Shown: positions 45,545-54,557, numbered from the stretch's first letter. The stretch is DNA of 64,000 nt from Cyanobacteria bacterium UBA5018 (GCA_002396505.1 DGYA01000124.1:3814-67813); one strand, 5' to 3'. The notes: generated from the letters alone by a model not told the origin. Numbers and translations are program-made.

Positions 45545-45776
45545 GGATGAAAAGTAGCCGGTTCAATGAGAAATCTAGCCAGCTGCAACGCCTCCACACT
45601 ATCCATCAAGTTTTCGCAGCGAGTTTGATGCATTAAGGGAACATTCAGTCAGCCAGCCAACTTCGTCCAGCCCCAGCGAGCTAGAATTAATTAGCAGCAT
45701 TATTGCATCAATCGTGGTTTTCCAGAGTCTGCCTAAATGAATCGCATCTGCCCACTAGGCGCTGCTTGCATCAACA

Positions 45777-45821
45777 CTGATTCAAGCAGCACTGATTCAA
45801 TCAGCATTGATTCAAGTAGAT
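45777..45821. repeat. 15-nt tandem array x3 (CTGATTCAAGCAGCA)
   Basis: Units start at 45777, 45792 and 45807. It belongs to the same family as the array at 56319-56363. Confidence 0.8.
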
Positions 45822-45969
45822 TGGCTAAGTGCGGCGCCGATTAGGGCTGCCTGGCTTGATAGCGGCCTGGCCCATGGGGGATTGGCAGCACGGATCAGGA
45901 GCAGGGATTGGCAGCACACCCTGGCTCCCAGCGGACCACCTAGGCTCAGGGCACCGCTACCAATGCCCC

Positions 45970-46437
45970 ATGGCCCTGCAGATCGGAGATGCCGCCCCAG
46001 ACTTCAACCTGCCCGACCAGGACGGCCAAATGGTTAGCCTCACCGACCTGGTCGGCCAGCGGGTGGTGATCTATTTTTATCCCAAAGATGACACGCCTGG
46101 CTGCACCAAAGAGGCCTGCAATTTTCGTGATCAGTGGAATGCCTTCAAGCAGCATGGCATCCAGGTGATTGGCATCAGCAAGGACAATGCAGCCAGCCAT
46201 ACCAAGTTTATTGCCAAGTTCAGCCTCCCCTTCCCGCTGCTCACCGACGCCGAGCCCTGTGCCGTGGCCACCAGCTACGAAAGCTACGGCTTAAAGAAGA
46301 TGATGGGTCGTGAATACATGGGAATGATGCGCCACACCTTCGTGATCGATACCGAAGGTAAAATAGAAAAAATCTATACCAAAGTAAAATCTGAAACCAT
46401 GGCCGACGATATCCTCAAGGATCTGGGTCTGGCCTAA
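45970..46437 (+). CDS. bcp: Thioredoxin-dependent thiol peroxidase (Bcp/PrxQ)
   Basis: The product begins MALQIGDAAPDFNLPDQDG and contains VVIYFYPKDDTPGCTKEAC. Confidence 0.9.
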   Translation: MALQIGDAAPDFNLPDQDGQMVSLTDLVGQRVVIYFYPKDDTPGCTKEACNFRDQWNAFKQHGIQVIGISKDNAASHTKFIAKFSLPFPLLTDAEPCAVATSYESYGLKKMMGREYMGMMRHTFVIDTEGKIEKIYTKVKSETMADDILKDLGLA

Positions 46438-47248
46438 GGCTCACCAAGGTAAGACTCGCCAGGGCATCAAGGGCCAGATTCGAGGCCAACCGCCAAGAGC
46501 GGCGCGGCGCTTTCAGCAACGGTGCCAACAGGGGGCCATCGCCACCGGTGAGCCACAGACTCCATTCATCAACACATTTATCAGCGCCTTTAGTAACACA
46601 TTTATCAGCACCTTTATCAGAATTCCTTACATCAGAGTCTGTGGGAGTGAAAGCTCTTTCTTCGGCCGCGGCATTGAGAGCGGCGGCCAGGCCCCGCAGC
46701 ACGCCGGCCTGCATCGCCGCCACCGTGGCCTGGGGCCAGGGATCTGGATCCAGCACCAATTGCCCAGCCGGAGGGGGCAGGTTGGCGGTGCCGGCGTTCA
46801 GGGCCCGCAACTGCAGGCCGGCGCCAGCCATTAGCCGGCCGCCAACAAACCGCCCGCAGCGATCCACACAGGTGAGGCTCAAAACCGTGCCCGCATCGGC
46901 CACCAGCACCGCCGATCCGGCAGAGGCACTGCGCCAGGCCTGCCAGCCCACCAGTGCCCGATCTACGCCAAGCCAGGGGGGCAGACCGGCCAGGGGCACC
47001 TCCTGGAGGCTCAGGCGGCGGCTTGGATCCAGGCCAGCCTGCGGCGGCACCGGGCCCACTGCAGCCCAGCCGAGCAGCTGCCGGTCCGCCCAGGCCCGCA
47101 GCCGAGCCAGGCCGGCCACTGGACTCTCATCGACATATTCACGAATGCCTGGGGCGACCTGGCAGGCCCAGTGCCAGCGACTATTGCCAATCAGCAGCCA
47201 GCAGTTCAGATGCCCTCGCCCATCAGGCCGGGCAAATGAATGCCGCAC
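46415..47248 (-). CDS. coaX: Type III pantothenate kinase
   Basis: Motifs: WLLIGNSRWHW (degenerate DxGNT), VLVADAGTVLS and WLTGGDGPLL. The start is uncertain. Confidence 0.7.
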   Translation of the reverse strand: MRHSFARPDGRGHLNCWLLIGNSRWHWACQVAPGIREYVDESPVAGLARLRAWADRQLLGWAAVGPVPPQAGLDPSRRLSLQEVPLAGLPPWLGVDRALVGWQAWRSASAGSAVLVADAGTVLSLTCVDRCGRFVGGRLMAGAGLQLRALNAGTANLPPPAGQLVLDPDPWPQATVAAMQAGVLRGLAAALNAAAEERAFTPTDSDVRNSDKGADKCVTKGADKCVDEWSLWLTGGDGPLLAPLLKAPRRSWRLASNLALDALASLTLVSLRPDPDP

Positions 47249-47973
47249 TCCTGCTTGAGTCCGCCAAAGCGAGTGGCACGACCGCTAACTTCTAAGCCAT
47301 CTGGGCCGCTGGAGTGCCAGTCACCCACCGTTGAATAACCCTTCTCAAATAGAGGGTGCTGGGGTAGGTCATGGTCCTGCATGTAGTAGAAAATATCTTT
47401 ATTTGTCCAGTTCAGCAGCGGTCGCAGCGACCAGCGCTGGCGCACCGCCTCAAGGTGCCGCATGCCCTGGCGATGTTGCGTCTGCTGAAGCCGCACGCCA
47501 CTGGCCCAGCAGGCCACCTGCAGCTCTTCCAGCAGCTGATCGAGGGGTTCCACCTTGCGGATGTGGTTGTAGAGCTCCAGGTCTTCCAGCCGACCTGTGT
47601 TCCACAACTGGCCCCGCAATGCCTCCATCCGCGCCGGGCTGCAGCTGGCCTGGGCCACGTGCAGATCCAGCTCCAATTGATCGCTCAACCGCTCGGCGTA
47701 GCGGTAGGTCTCGGGGGGTAGGTAGCCCGTATCCACCCAGATCACAGGCAGCGCAGAGCCGAAACGCTTGGCCATCTCACTGGCCATATGCAGCAATACC
47801 GCCGCCTGAATGCCGAAGCTTGTGGTCAATGCAAAGCGCTCGCCAAAGCGAGTCCTGGCCCAGATCAAGCGCTCCTGAGGGCTCATCGGCTCCAGCTCAG
47901 CGCAAGCGACCGCCTGGTCGAGGGCGCAATCGTTGCGATCCTTGGGCAGAGTGGGTAAAAGCGCTGTCGCCAT
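47206..47973 (-). CDS. cysH: Phosphoadenosine phosphosulfate (PAPS/APS) reductase
   Basis: The C-terminal KQECGIH motif is present, and the PP-loop-family N-terminal region reads FALTTSFGIQAAVLLH. The start is taken at MATALLP. Confidence 0.9.
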   Translation of the reverse strand: MATALLPTLPKDRNDCALDQAVACAELEPMSPQERLIWARTRFGERFALTTSFGIQAAVLLHMASEMAKRFGSALPVIWVDTGYLPPETYRYAERLSDQLELDLHVAQASCSPARMEALRGQLWNTGRLEDLELYNHIRKVEPLDQLLEELQVACWASGVRLQQTQHRQGMRHLEAVRQRWSLRPLLNWTNKDIFYYMQDHDLPQHPLFEKGYSTVGDWHSSGPDGLEVSGRATRFGGLKQECGIHLPGLMGEGI

Positions 47974-48051
47974 CAAGCCATCATTACCTGCTGCCGTGAG
48001 CTTCTGGGAAGGGGGCCAGCCCATCTGGTTAGGGTTCGTAGAGGTGAAGCG

Positions 48052-49236
48052 GTGACAGCAGGCGTGTCAAAACCTGTGGTAATCGCCGGTGGTGGCTTCG
48101 GAGGTCTCTACACGGCCCTAGCTCTGGCCAGCAAGCGCCACCACCCGCCGATCCTGTTGATCGAACCGGGCGAGCGCTTCCTGTTCTTGCCCCTGCTCTA
48201 CGAGCTACTCAGCGGCGAGCTGCGCAGCTGGGAAATTTGCCCCCGCTACGACGCCCTGCTCGCCGGCCGTGGCGTGGCCTGGCTGCGGGATCGGGTCACG
48301 GCAGTCGACGCCAACAGCCATCAGGTGCACACGGCCAGCGGCCGCAGCCTCCAGTTCAGCCAGCTGGTGCTGGCCACCGGAGGGGGAAATGAAACCTTCG
48401 GGGTGCCCGGGGCCCAGGAGCATGGCCTGTTCTTTCGCACCCTGGCCGATGTGGAGCGCCTGAATCAGCTGGTCGAAACTTTGCGGCAGCGACGAGGCGC
48501 CCAGCAACGCATTGCCATCGTCGGTGCAGGCCCCAGTGGGGTGGAACTGGCCTGCAAGCTGGCCGATCTGCTGGCCGGCGCCGCCACGGTGGCCCTGATC
48601 GAGCAGGGGCCCACCGCCCTGCCCCAGGCGCGTGCCTTTAATCGGGAGCAGGCCCTGGCAGCTCTGCAACGGCGCAACGTGCGCCTGCACACCGCCATGG
48701 CGGTGCAGGCGGTGGAGGCCGGCCAACTACGGCTGGCGGGGGGGCAAACCCTGGCGGTCGATGCCACCATCTGGACCGCTGGTCTGCGCCTCCAGCCGCC
48801 ACCGATCAGCCCGGCCGCCGCCAGCGACCGCCGCGGCCGCCTCTGGGTCAGCCCAGAACTACGACTGCTCCACAGCGCTGATATCTATGCCGTTGGCGAT
48901 GTGGCGGCCCTGGCCCCCCAAGCCAGCGACCAGGATGGCGACGATGCGCTTCAGCCCCTGCCCACCACGGCCCAGGTCGCCTTCCAGCAGGCCGATTGCC
49001 TAGCCAACAACCTGATGCACGCCGCCGCCGGCGAGCCCCAAGAACCGTTCCAGTTCCAGGATCTCGGCGAGATGCTCAGCCTTGGCATCGGCGAGGCCAG
49101 CCTCACTGGCCAAGGCCTCACCCTGGCCGGCAAACCAGCATTCCTGCTGCGGCGCCTCGCCTATCTCGCCCGCCTGCCCGGCAGGCCCCACCAGCTCAAG
49201 GTGGCGGCCGGCTGGCTTGCCGACTGGGGCCGATGA
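48052..49236 (+). CDS. Type II NADH dehydrogenase-like FAD/NAD(P) oxidoreductase
   Basis: Two dinucleotide folds are present: VVIAGGGFGGLYTAL and IAIVGAGPSGVELA. Confidence 0.85.
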   Translation: MTAGVSKPVVIAGGGFGGLYTALALASKRHHPPILLIEPGERFLFLPLLYELLSGELRSWEICPRYDALLAGRGVAWLRDRVTAVDANSHQVHTASGRSLQFSQLVLATGGGNETFGVPGAQEHGLFFRTLADVERLNQLVETLRQRRGAQQRIAIVGAGPSGVELACKLADLLAGAATVALIEQGPTALPQARAFNREQALAALQRRNVRLHTAMAVQAVEAGQLRLAGGQTLAVDATIWTAGLRLQPPPISPAAASDRRGRLWVSPELRLLHSADIYAVGDVAALAPQASDQDGDDALQPLPTTAQVAFQQADCLANNLMHAAAGEPQEPFQFQDLGEMLSLGIGEASLTGQGLTLAGKPAFLLRRLAYLARLPGRPHQLKVAAGWLADWGR

Positions 49237-49874
49237 AGCCGCCCCAGGCCCTGCTGCTCGATGCCATGGGCACCCTGATCGGCCTGCGCCGTTCGGTGGG
49301 CCACAGCTATGCCGAGCTGGCCGCCGACTTTGGCCTGACCCTGGAGCCAGCGGCGATCGATCGGGTGTTTCCCCGCATCTACCGACAGGCGCCACCCCTG
49401 GCCTTTCCAGGCCTGGAGGGCAAGCAATTGCGCCAAGCGGAGCTGAATTGGTGGGGGGCCCGCATCGGCGCCTGCCTTGCCGCCACTGGCCAAATCAAGG
49501 CCGACGAGCTGCCTGCCGGGCTGGTGGAAAAGCTGTTCGAGCGGTTCGCGGACGCGGCCCTCTGGCAGGTATTTCCGGAGGTGCCGGCCTGTCTGGAGCG
49601 TTGGCGCAGCCGCTCCCTGAAGTTGGCGGTGGTGAGCAATTTCGACAGCCGACTGCCGGCTCTGCTGGCCGACCTGGGGCTGGCCGAGGCCCTGGATGCC
49701 CTGGTGATTTCCAGCCAGGTGGGAGCGGCCAAGCCCGATCCAGTGCCCTTCCAGCGGGCCCTCGAGATCCTGGGGCTGGAAGCCCACCAGGTGTGGCACG
49801 TGGGGGACAGCCCGGAAGATGAGCTGGGCGCCCAAGCCGCCGGCATCCGCTGCCTGATGGTGCGCCGCCCTTGA
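49233..49874 (+). CDS. HAD-superfamily hydrolase (subfamily IA)
   Basis: Motif I is LLLDAMGTL, and the late motif is HVGDSPEDELGAQAAG. The ATG overlaps the upstream TGA (ATGA). Confidence 0.8.
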   Translation: MKPPQALLLDAMGTLIGLRRSVGHSYAELAADFGLTLEPAAIDRVFPRIYRQAPPLAFPGLEGKQLRQAELNWWGARIGACLAATGQIKADELPAGLVEKLFERFADAALWQVFPEVPACLERWRSRSLKLAVVSNFDSRLPALLADLGLAEALDALVISSQVGAAKPDPVPFQRALEILGLEAHQVWHVGDSPEDELGAQAAGIRCLMVRRP

Positions 49875-51583
49875 AGCAGGGCACCCTGGCTGGCCGTACC
49901 GCGGGGCTGCGCCCCTCCCAGCGAAGACGGCTGGAGCAGCTGTGCCATCGCCGCCATCCCCTCGATGGGGCCGCAGATCTGCTCACCCTGCAGCGCCTCG
50001 GGGCCGAAAGTCGCGAGCTGGAATTACCACTCACCCTGGTGGTGGATGGCCGCGGCCTGGCCCGACTGCTGTGGGTGGGCCCCCTGGAGCAGTCGGGCCA
50101 ACTGCTGGAAAAGCTGCCGGGCTCCCAACGGCGCCAGGGCAGCGATTGGCGGCTGTTGAGCTGCTGTGGTCGCAGCAAGCAACTGCAACCCGGCCGGCAG
50201 GAGGGAATTGTGGGTCTGGATCTGGCCCCCCAGTTCTGGCTGCGCTTCGCCGACCAGGCCCAGCCGGGCGGCAATTGGCCAGCCCAACTGCTGGCGGCGG
50301 CTGCCTCGGCGGCAGATCCTTGGCAGCTGCTGGAGCAGGGGGACCTGGCCGGGCTCTGCGATCGCGATCTACTCAGCCTGGTCGCCGCACCAGCCACCAC
50401 CAGCCCAGACACCAGTGGCCCCGATCGGGCAGCCAGCAGCCCAGGGGTCGGCAGCGAGCCAGGGAAGCCCCAAACCTCAGCGCCTGGTGTGGAGCGGGTG
50501 CTGCTGCTGGCCCTCACCCCCGGGGATCGCCAGGCGGCCCAACGTCTGATCGGCGAGCTGGAGGGGCTGGTGCGCAGTGCCGGCGCCGAACCGGTGGGCG
50601 TGGTGAAACAGCGCCGCAGCCTGATCTCGCCCCAGACGATCTGGGGGGAGGGCAAACTCAGCGATGCGGCGCTGGAGGCCAGGCGCCTGGGCGCCACGCT
50701 GGTGGTCACAGACCGGGAACTCACCCCAGTGCAGGCCCGCAACCTGGAGCGGCTACTGGATTTGCCGGTGAGTGATCGCAGCGAGCTGATCCTCGACATC
50801 TTTGCCCAGCGGGCCGCCAGCGCCGCCGGCAGGCTGCAGGTGGAGCTGGCCCAACTGCGCTATCGCCTGCCTCGGCTCAGCGGCCGGGGCCTGAGCCTGT
50901 CCCGCCAGGGCGGCGGCATCGGCACCCGCGGACCAGGGGAAACCCAGCTGGAAAAAGATCGCCGCGCCATCGCCCGCCGCATCGAGCGGCTGCAAAGGGA
51001 CGCCCGTCAGCTGGGCGAACATCGCCAACGACTGCGGCGGGGTCGCCAGGGCCTGCGGCGATTTGCCCTGGTGGGCTACACCAACGCCGGCAAGAGCTCC
51101 CTGCTCAACGCCCTCACCCGCGCCAGCGGTGGCGCCCCGGTATTGGCCGCCAACAAGCTGTTTGCCACCTTGGATCCCACCACCCGGCGGCTGGATTTGC
51201 CCGATCCCCAGGGGGGACCATGCGAAACGGCGCTGATCACCGACACGGTGGGCTTCATCCGCGACCTGCCGCCGCCGCTGGTGGAAGCTTTCCGATCAAC
51301 TTTGGAAGAAACCCTGGAGGCCGATGGGCTGCTGATCGTGGTGGATCTGGCCGATCCGGCCTGGCCCGAGCAATGGCGCACCGTGCACGCCATTCTCGAC
51401 GAGCTGGGCACCAGCACGCCGCGACGGCTGCTGGGCAACCAGATCGACCGCTGCCCCGCCGCCGAACTGGAGCGGGCTCGCAGCCTGGAGCCAGACGTCT
51501 TGTTTGCCTCGGCCACCGATGGGCTGGGCTTACAACACCTGCGCCAAGCACTGCGACACTGGCCCGTTGAGTCGACGGCCTGA
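49871..51583 (+). CDS. hflX: GTPase HflX (long N-terminal extension)
   Basis: Motifs: G1 LVGYTNAGKSSLLNALT, G3 TDTVGFI and G4 NQID. The TTG start overlaps the upstream stop. Confidence 0.9.
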   Translation: MKQGTLAGRTAGLRPSQRRRLEQLCHRRHPLDGAADLLTLQRLGAESRELELPLTLVVDGRGLARLLWVGPLEQSGQLLEKLPGSQRRQGSDWRLLSCCGRSKQLQPGRQEGIVGLDLAPQFWLRFADQAQPGGNWPAQLLAAAASAADPWQLLEQGDLAGLCDRDLLSLVAAPATTSPDTSGPDRAASSPGVGSEPGKPQTSAPGVERVLLLALTPGDRQAAQRLIGELEGLVRSAGAEPVGVVKQRRSLISPQTIWGEGKLSDAALEARRLGATLVVTDRELTPVQARNLERLLDLPVSDRSELILDIFAQRAASAAGRLQVELAQLRYRLPRLSGRGLSLSRQGGGIGTRGPGETQLEKDRRAIARRIERLQRDARQLGEHRQRLRRGRQGLRRFALVGYTNAGKSSLLNALTRASGGAPVLAANKLFATLDPTTRRLDLPDPQGGPCETALITDTVGFIRDLPPPLVEAFRSTLEETLEADGLLIVVDLADPAWPEQWRTVHAILDELGTSTPRRLLGNQIDRCPAAELERARSLEPDVLFASATDGLGLQHLRQALRHWPVESTA

Positions 51584-51605
51584 CAACACGGCGGCAACAC
51601 AATGG

Positions 51606-51733
51606 CAGAGAAATATAACGACTGCGAAATACAACCACTGCGAAATACAACGGCTGCGAAATACAACCACCGCCAAATACAATGGCTGCGAAATACCGCG
51701 GCAGTGAAATACCACGGCAGTGAAATACCACGG
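51606..51733. repeat. 16-nt tandem array x8 (CTGCGAAATACAACCA consensus)
   Basis: There are exactly eight 16-nt units from 51606 to 51733, with the invariant core GAAATA. Confidence 0.9.
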
Positions 51734-51913
51734 CACTGGGGCGGGGAATCCGGCCAAGCCCAGTTTAGCCGAGATTAGAAGCCAGCGCCCCAGGGGCCAG
51801 CGGCGAAAACCCATTCCCGACACGTTTACCGAGCTATGCTCGGTAGCGGACGATTGGGCCCCCTAAGCCCCTCTGTTCGCAACCCCGTTTCCCAACCCCT
51901 TGCTCTGAGACCC

Positions 51914-52552
51914 ATGGCAGCCCTGCAGCTCGGTGACACGGTTCCCGATTTCACCCAGGAATCCCAATTGGGTCCGGTCAACCTCTACGACTTCGCCGCT
52001 GACAGCTGGGTGGTGCTGTTTTCCCATCCCGCCGACTACACCCCTGTCTGCACCACCGAGCTGGGCGAAGTGGCACGGCTGCGGGCCGAATGGGACAAGC
52101 GCAACGTCAAGACGATCGCCTTGAGTGTCGATTCCGCCGAGAGCCACAAGGGCTGGATTGGCGACATCAATGAAACCCAGGCCACCACGGTGGATTATCC
52201 AATCCTTGCCGATCAAGACAAGACCGTAGCAGAACTTTACGGGATGATCCATCCGAATTCGCTCAACAACCTCACGGTGCGGTCGGTGTTCGTGATCGAC
52301 CCCAACAAGAAGCTGCGCCTGCAGATCACCTACCCGGCCAGCACCGGCCGCAACTTCGATGAAATCCTGCGGGTAATCGACTCCCTGCAGCTCACCGATT
52401 CCCACTCCGTAGCCACGCCAGTGAACTGGAAGGACGGCGAAGACTGTGTGGTGGTGCCCTCCATCCCCACCGATCAGGCCCGGATCAAGTTCCCCAAGGG
52501 CGTCACTGAAATCAAGCCCTACCTGCGCCTAACTCCCCAGCCCAACAAGTGA
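51914..52552 (+). CDS. 1-Cys peroxiredoxin (Prx6-like)
   Basis: The product is MAALQLGDTVPDFTQ...WVVLFSHPADYTPVCTTELG. Confidence 0.9.
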   Translation: MAALQLGDTVPDFTQESQLGPVNLYDFAADSWVVLFSHPADYTPVCTTELGEVARLRAEWDKRNVKTIALSVDSAESHKGWIGDINETQATTVDYPILADQDKTVAELYGMIHPNSLNNLTVRSVFVIDPNKKLRLQITYPASTGRNFDEILRVIDSLQLTDSHSVATPVNWKDGEDCVVVPSIPTDQARIKFPKGVTEIKPYLRLTPQPNK

Positions 52553-52626
52553 TCTGGGCCGCCAAACCGGGGGCGCGGTCGCGGCCCCCCTGGTGGCGAA
52601 CTCCACCCAGCCTGAGCGCCCCCCCC

Positions 52627-53829
52627 ATGCGGGTGTTGGGGCTGATGAGCGGCACAAGCGCCGACGGCGTCGACGCGGTGCTCGCCGAGTTCTCGGGCCC
52701 AGCCCGGCGCCCCCGGTGGCGCATCCTCCATAGCGCCAGCTTGGCCTACCCCACCAAGCTGCGCCAGCAGCTGGTGGCCATCGGCCAGGGCCAAGCCAGC
52801 AGTGCCGCCGCCCTGCTGGAGTTGGCAGAAGCGGTTACGGAGGCCCAGGCCGCCGCCGCCCAGGCCTGCGACCCCCGGAGCCTGGCCCAGCTGGTGGGTT
52901 GCCACGGCCAAACCATCTGGCACCGCCCCCCCTGCGGCGCTGGCCAGGCCAATGACCAGGCCGGTGACCAGATCAATAGCCACACCCATAGCCCTAGCCG
53001 CCGAGGCGCCAGTTGGCAGCTGTTGCAAGCGCCATTACTGGCCAGCCTGCTGCGGAAGCCGGTGGTATTCGACTTTCGAGCGGCCGATCTGGCCTTGGGG
53101 GGCCAGGGAGCACCGCTGGTGCCCCCCTGCGATGAAGCCCTGCTGGGCCGCATCGGCGGCTGGCGGGCCCTGCTCAACCTGGGGGGGATCGCCAATCTCA
53201 CCCTGCTGCCGCCGGCTCTGGGCCCGGATCGACACCAGCCGGTGCGGGGCTGGGACTGCGGTCCGGCCAACAGCCTGCTGGATCTGGCGGTGCAGCGCTT
53301 CAGCGGCGGCGAACTGCTCTGGGACGCAGATGGGGCCTGGGCCCGCCGCGGCCAGATCGATGAGCCGTTAATCGAGCACTGGCTGCAGGCCCCCTATTTC
53401 CAGCAGCCTCCCCCCAAGTCCACCGGCCGGGAACTATTTGGTGCCAGCGACCTGGAAACCCGCCTGGCCGACCTGAGCCGCAGGGCCGCCAGCCGCGGCC
53501 TTGGTCTCGATGCCGCAGATGCCCTGGCCACGCTGACGGCCTTCACTGCCGCCGTGGTGGCCCAGGACCTCAAGGGCGGCCCCACACCGCTGGAGCTATT
53601 GGTGGCTGGCGGGGGTGCCCGCAACCAGCTGCTGATGGAGCAGTTGCAACGGCGTTGCCCAGGCACGGCCGTGGGATCCCTGGCTGAACTGGGCATTGAC
53701 GAGGCGCAGCGCGAGGCCCTGGCCTTCGCCCTCCTGGCCTGGTGGCACCTGCTGGGCCAGCCTGGTTCAGCCCCGGCCGTAACCGGAGCTTCCCGGCCGT
53801 CTGTGCTGGGGGTTTGCGCAAAACCCTGA
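52627..53829 (+). CDS. anmK: Anhydro-N-acetylmuramic acid kinase
   Basis: The product begins MRVLGLMSGTSADGVDAVLAEF... and later carries ...LLVAGGGARN. Confidence 0.9.
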   Translation: MRVLGLMSGTSADGVDAVLAEFSGPARRPRWRILHSASLAYPTKLRQQLVAIGQGQASSAAALLELAEAVTEAQAAAAQACDPRSLAQLVGCHGQTIWHRPPCGAGQANDQAGDQINSHTHSPSRRGASWQLLQAPLLASLLRKPVVFDFRAADLALGGQGAPLVPPCDEALLGRIGGWRALLNLGGIANLTLLPPALGPDRHQPVRGWDCGPANSLLDLAVQRFSGGELLWDADGAWARRGQIDEPLIEHWLQAPYFQQPPPKSTGRELFGASDLETRLADLSRRAASRGLGLDAADALATLTAFTAAVVAQDLKGGPTPLELLVAGGGARNQLLMEQLQRRCPGTAVGSLAELGIDEAQREALAFALLAWWHLLGQPGSAPAVTGASRPSVLGVCAKP

Positions 53830-53832
53830 CCG

Positions 53833-53897
53833 CCCTGCCCTGGTACTGCCCTGCCCCGGTACTGCCCTCGCCTGGTACTGCCCTCGCCTGGTGCCGC
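53833..53897. repeat. 16-nt tandem array x4 (GGTACTGCCCTGCCCC-like)
   Basis: GGTACTG/GGTGCCG cores occur at 53842, 53858, 53874 and 53890. The array starts 4 nt after the anmK stop. Confidence 0.8.
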
Positions 53898-53999
53898 TCA
53901 GCCGCCCCGCCAGCGGCGTAACGGCCGGCTACAAGCGCAAGGGCAAAGGCGACAAGCGCGCCTGTGCACCCATAGGTTCAACCCAGTCGGTTCGTGCCC

Positions 54000-54251
54000 A
54001 TGACCGCCAGCAACCCAGGCGAGGGCGGCAATGCCATGGCCCTCTACGGCCGCATCAGCGCCGAGCAGGAGCTGAGCCAATCCCTGTTTCGCCAGGCCCT
54101 GCAGGATCCCAAGGGAGCCCTGGAGCGCATTGTGCAGCTGGGCCGTGATTGGCAACTACCCGTCACCGCTGAGGAGGTCAAGGCCCACCTCGGCTCCCTT
54201 GACGATGGCGCCAGCAAGCAATGGCTGCTCAAAGCCCGCGGTGGCCTCTGA
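54000..54251 (+). CDS. Nif11-domain protein
   Basis: ISAEQELSQSLFRQALQDPKGALERIVQLGRDWQLPVTAEEVKAHL fits the Nif11 N-terminal domain pattern. The protein ends ...KARGGL*. Confidence 0.55.
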   Translation: MTASNPGEGGNAMALYGRISAEQELSQSLFRQALQDPKGALERIVQLGRDWQLPVTAEEVKAHLGSLDDGASKQWLLKARGGL

Positions 54252-54557
54252 GCGGCGCTGGGTGCCTGGACGATTCAAGCCACCGCCGCCTGCCCAACTA
54301 AAAAACAGCCAGTAACTGACGATCGCCAGACCGGCTGCCACCACAAGGGCCGTCAGCTGCTCGAGGCGTTTGATCATGGCGGCGGCGGCAGGGCGAAGTC
54401 AGTCTGGCGGAGGCCTGTAGGGCAAGTCCGGCCAGCCCCCGCCGGGCGATTCTGGCGGCGGCTGGCCGGGCGTGCTTTTTGGCGGCCCGCCGGGGATGAT
54501 GCAGGGTGGCTAGCCTCCCAACCTCAGCCGCGCCGTCCTAACCACCCTCCCCTCCCC

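Noticed and set aside
49495-50799. 434-aa minus-strand ORF (and 49082..49822, 49942..50775 plus-frame ORFs)
   Set aside because: These are off-frame or antisense shadows of the HAD hydrolase and hflX, with extreme Arg/Pro/Ser/Ala content.
51606-51733. CRISPR array, considered for this and the other tandem arrays (36156-36338, 33177-33252, 34141-34266)
   Set aside because: The repeat units are contiguous with no unique spacers between them. Most units are too short (13-19 nt). No cas genes are in the window.
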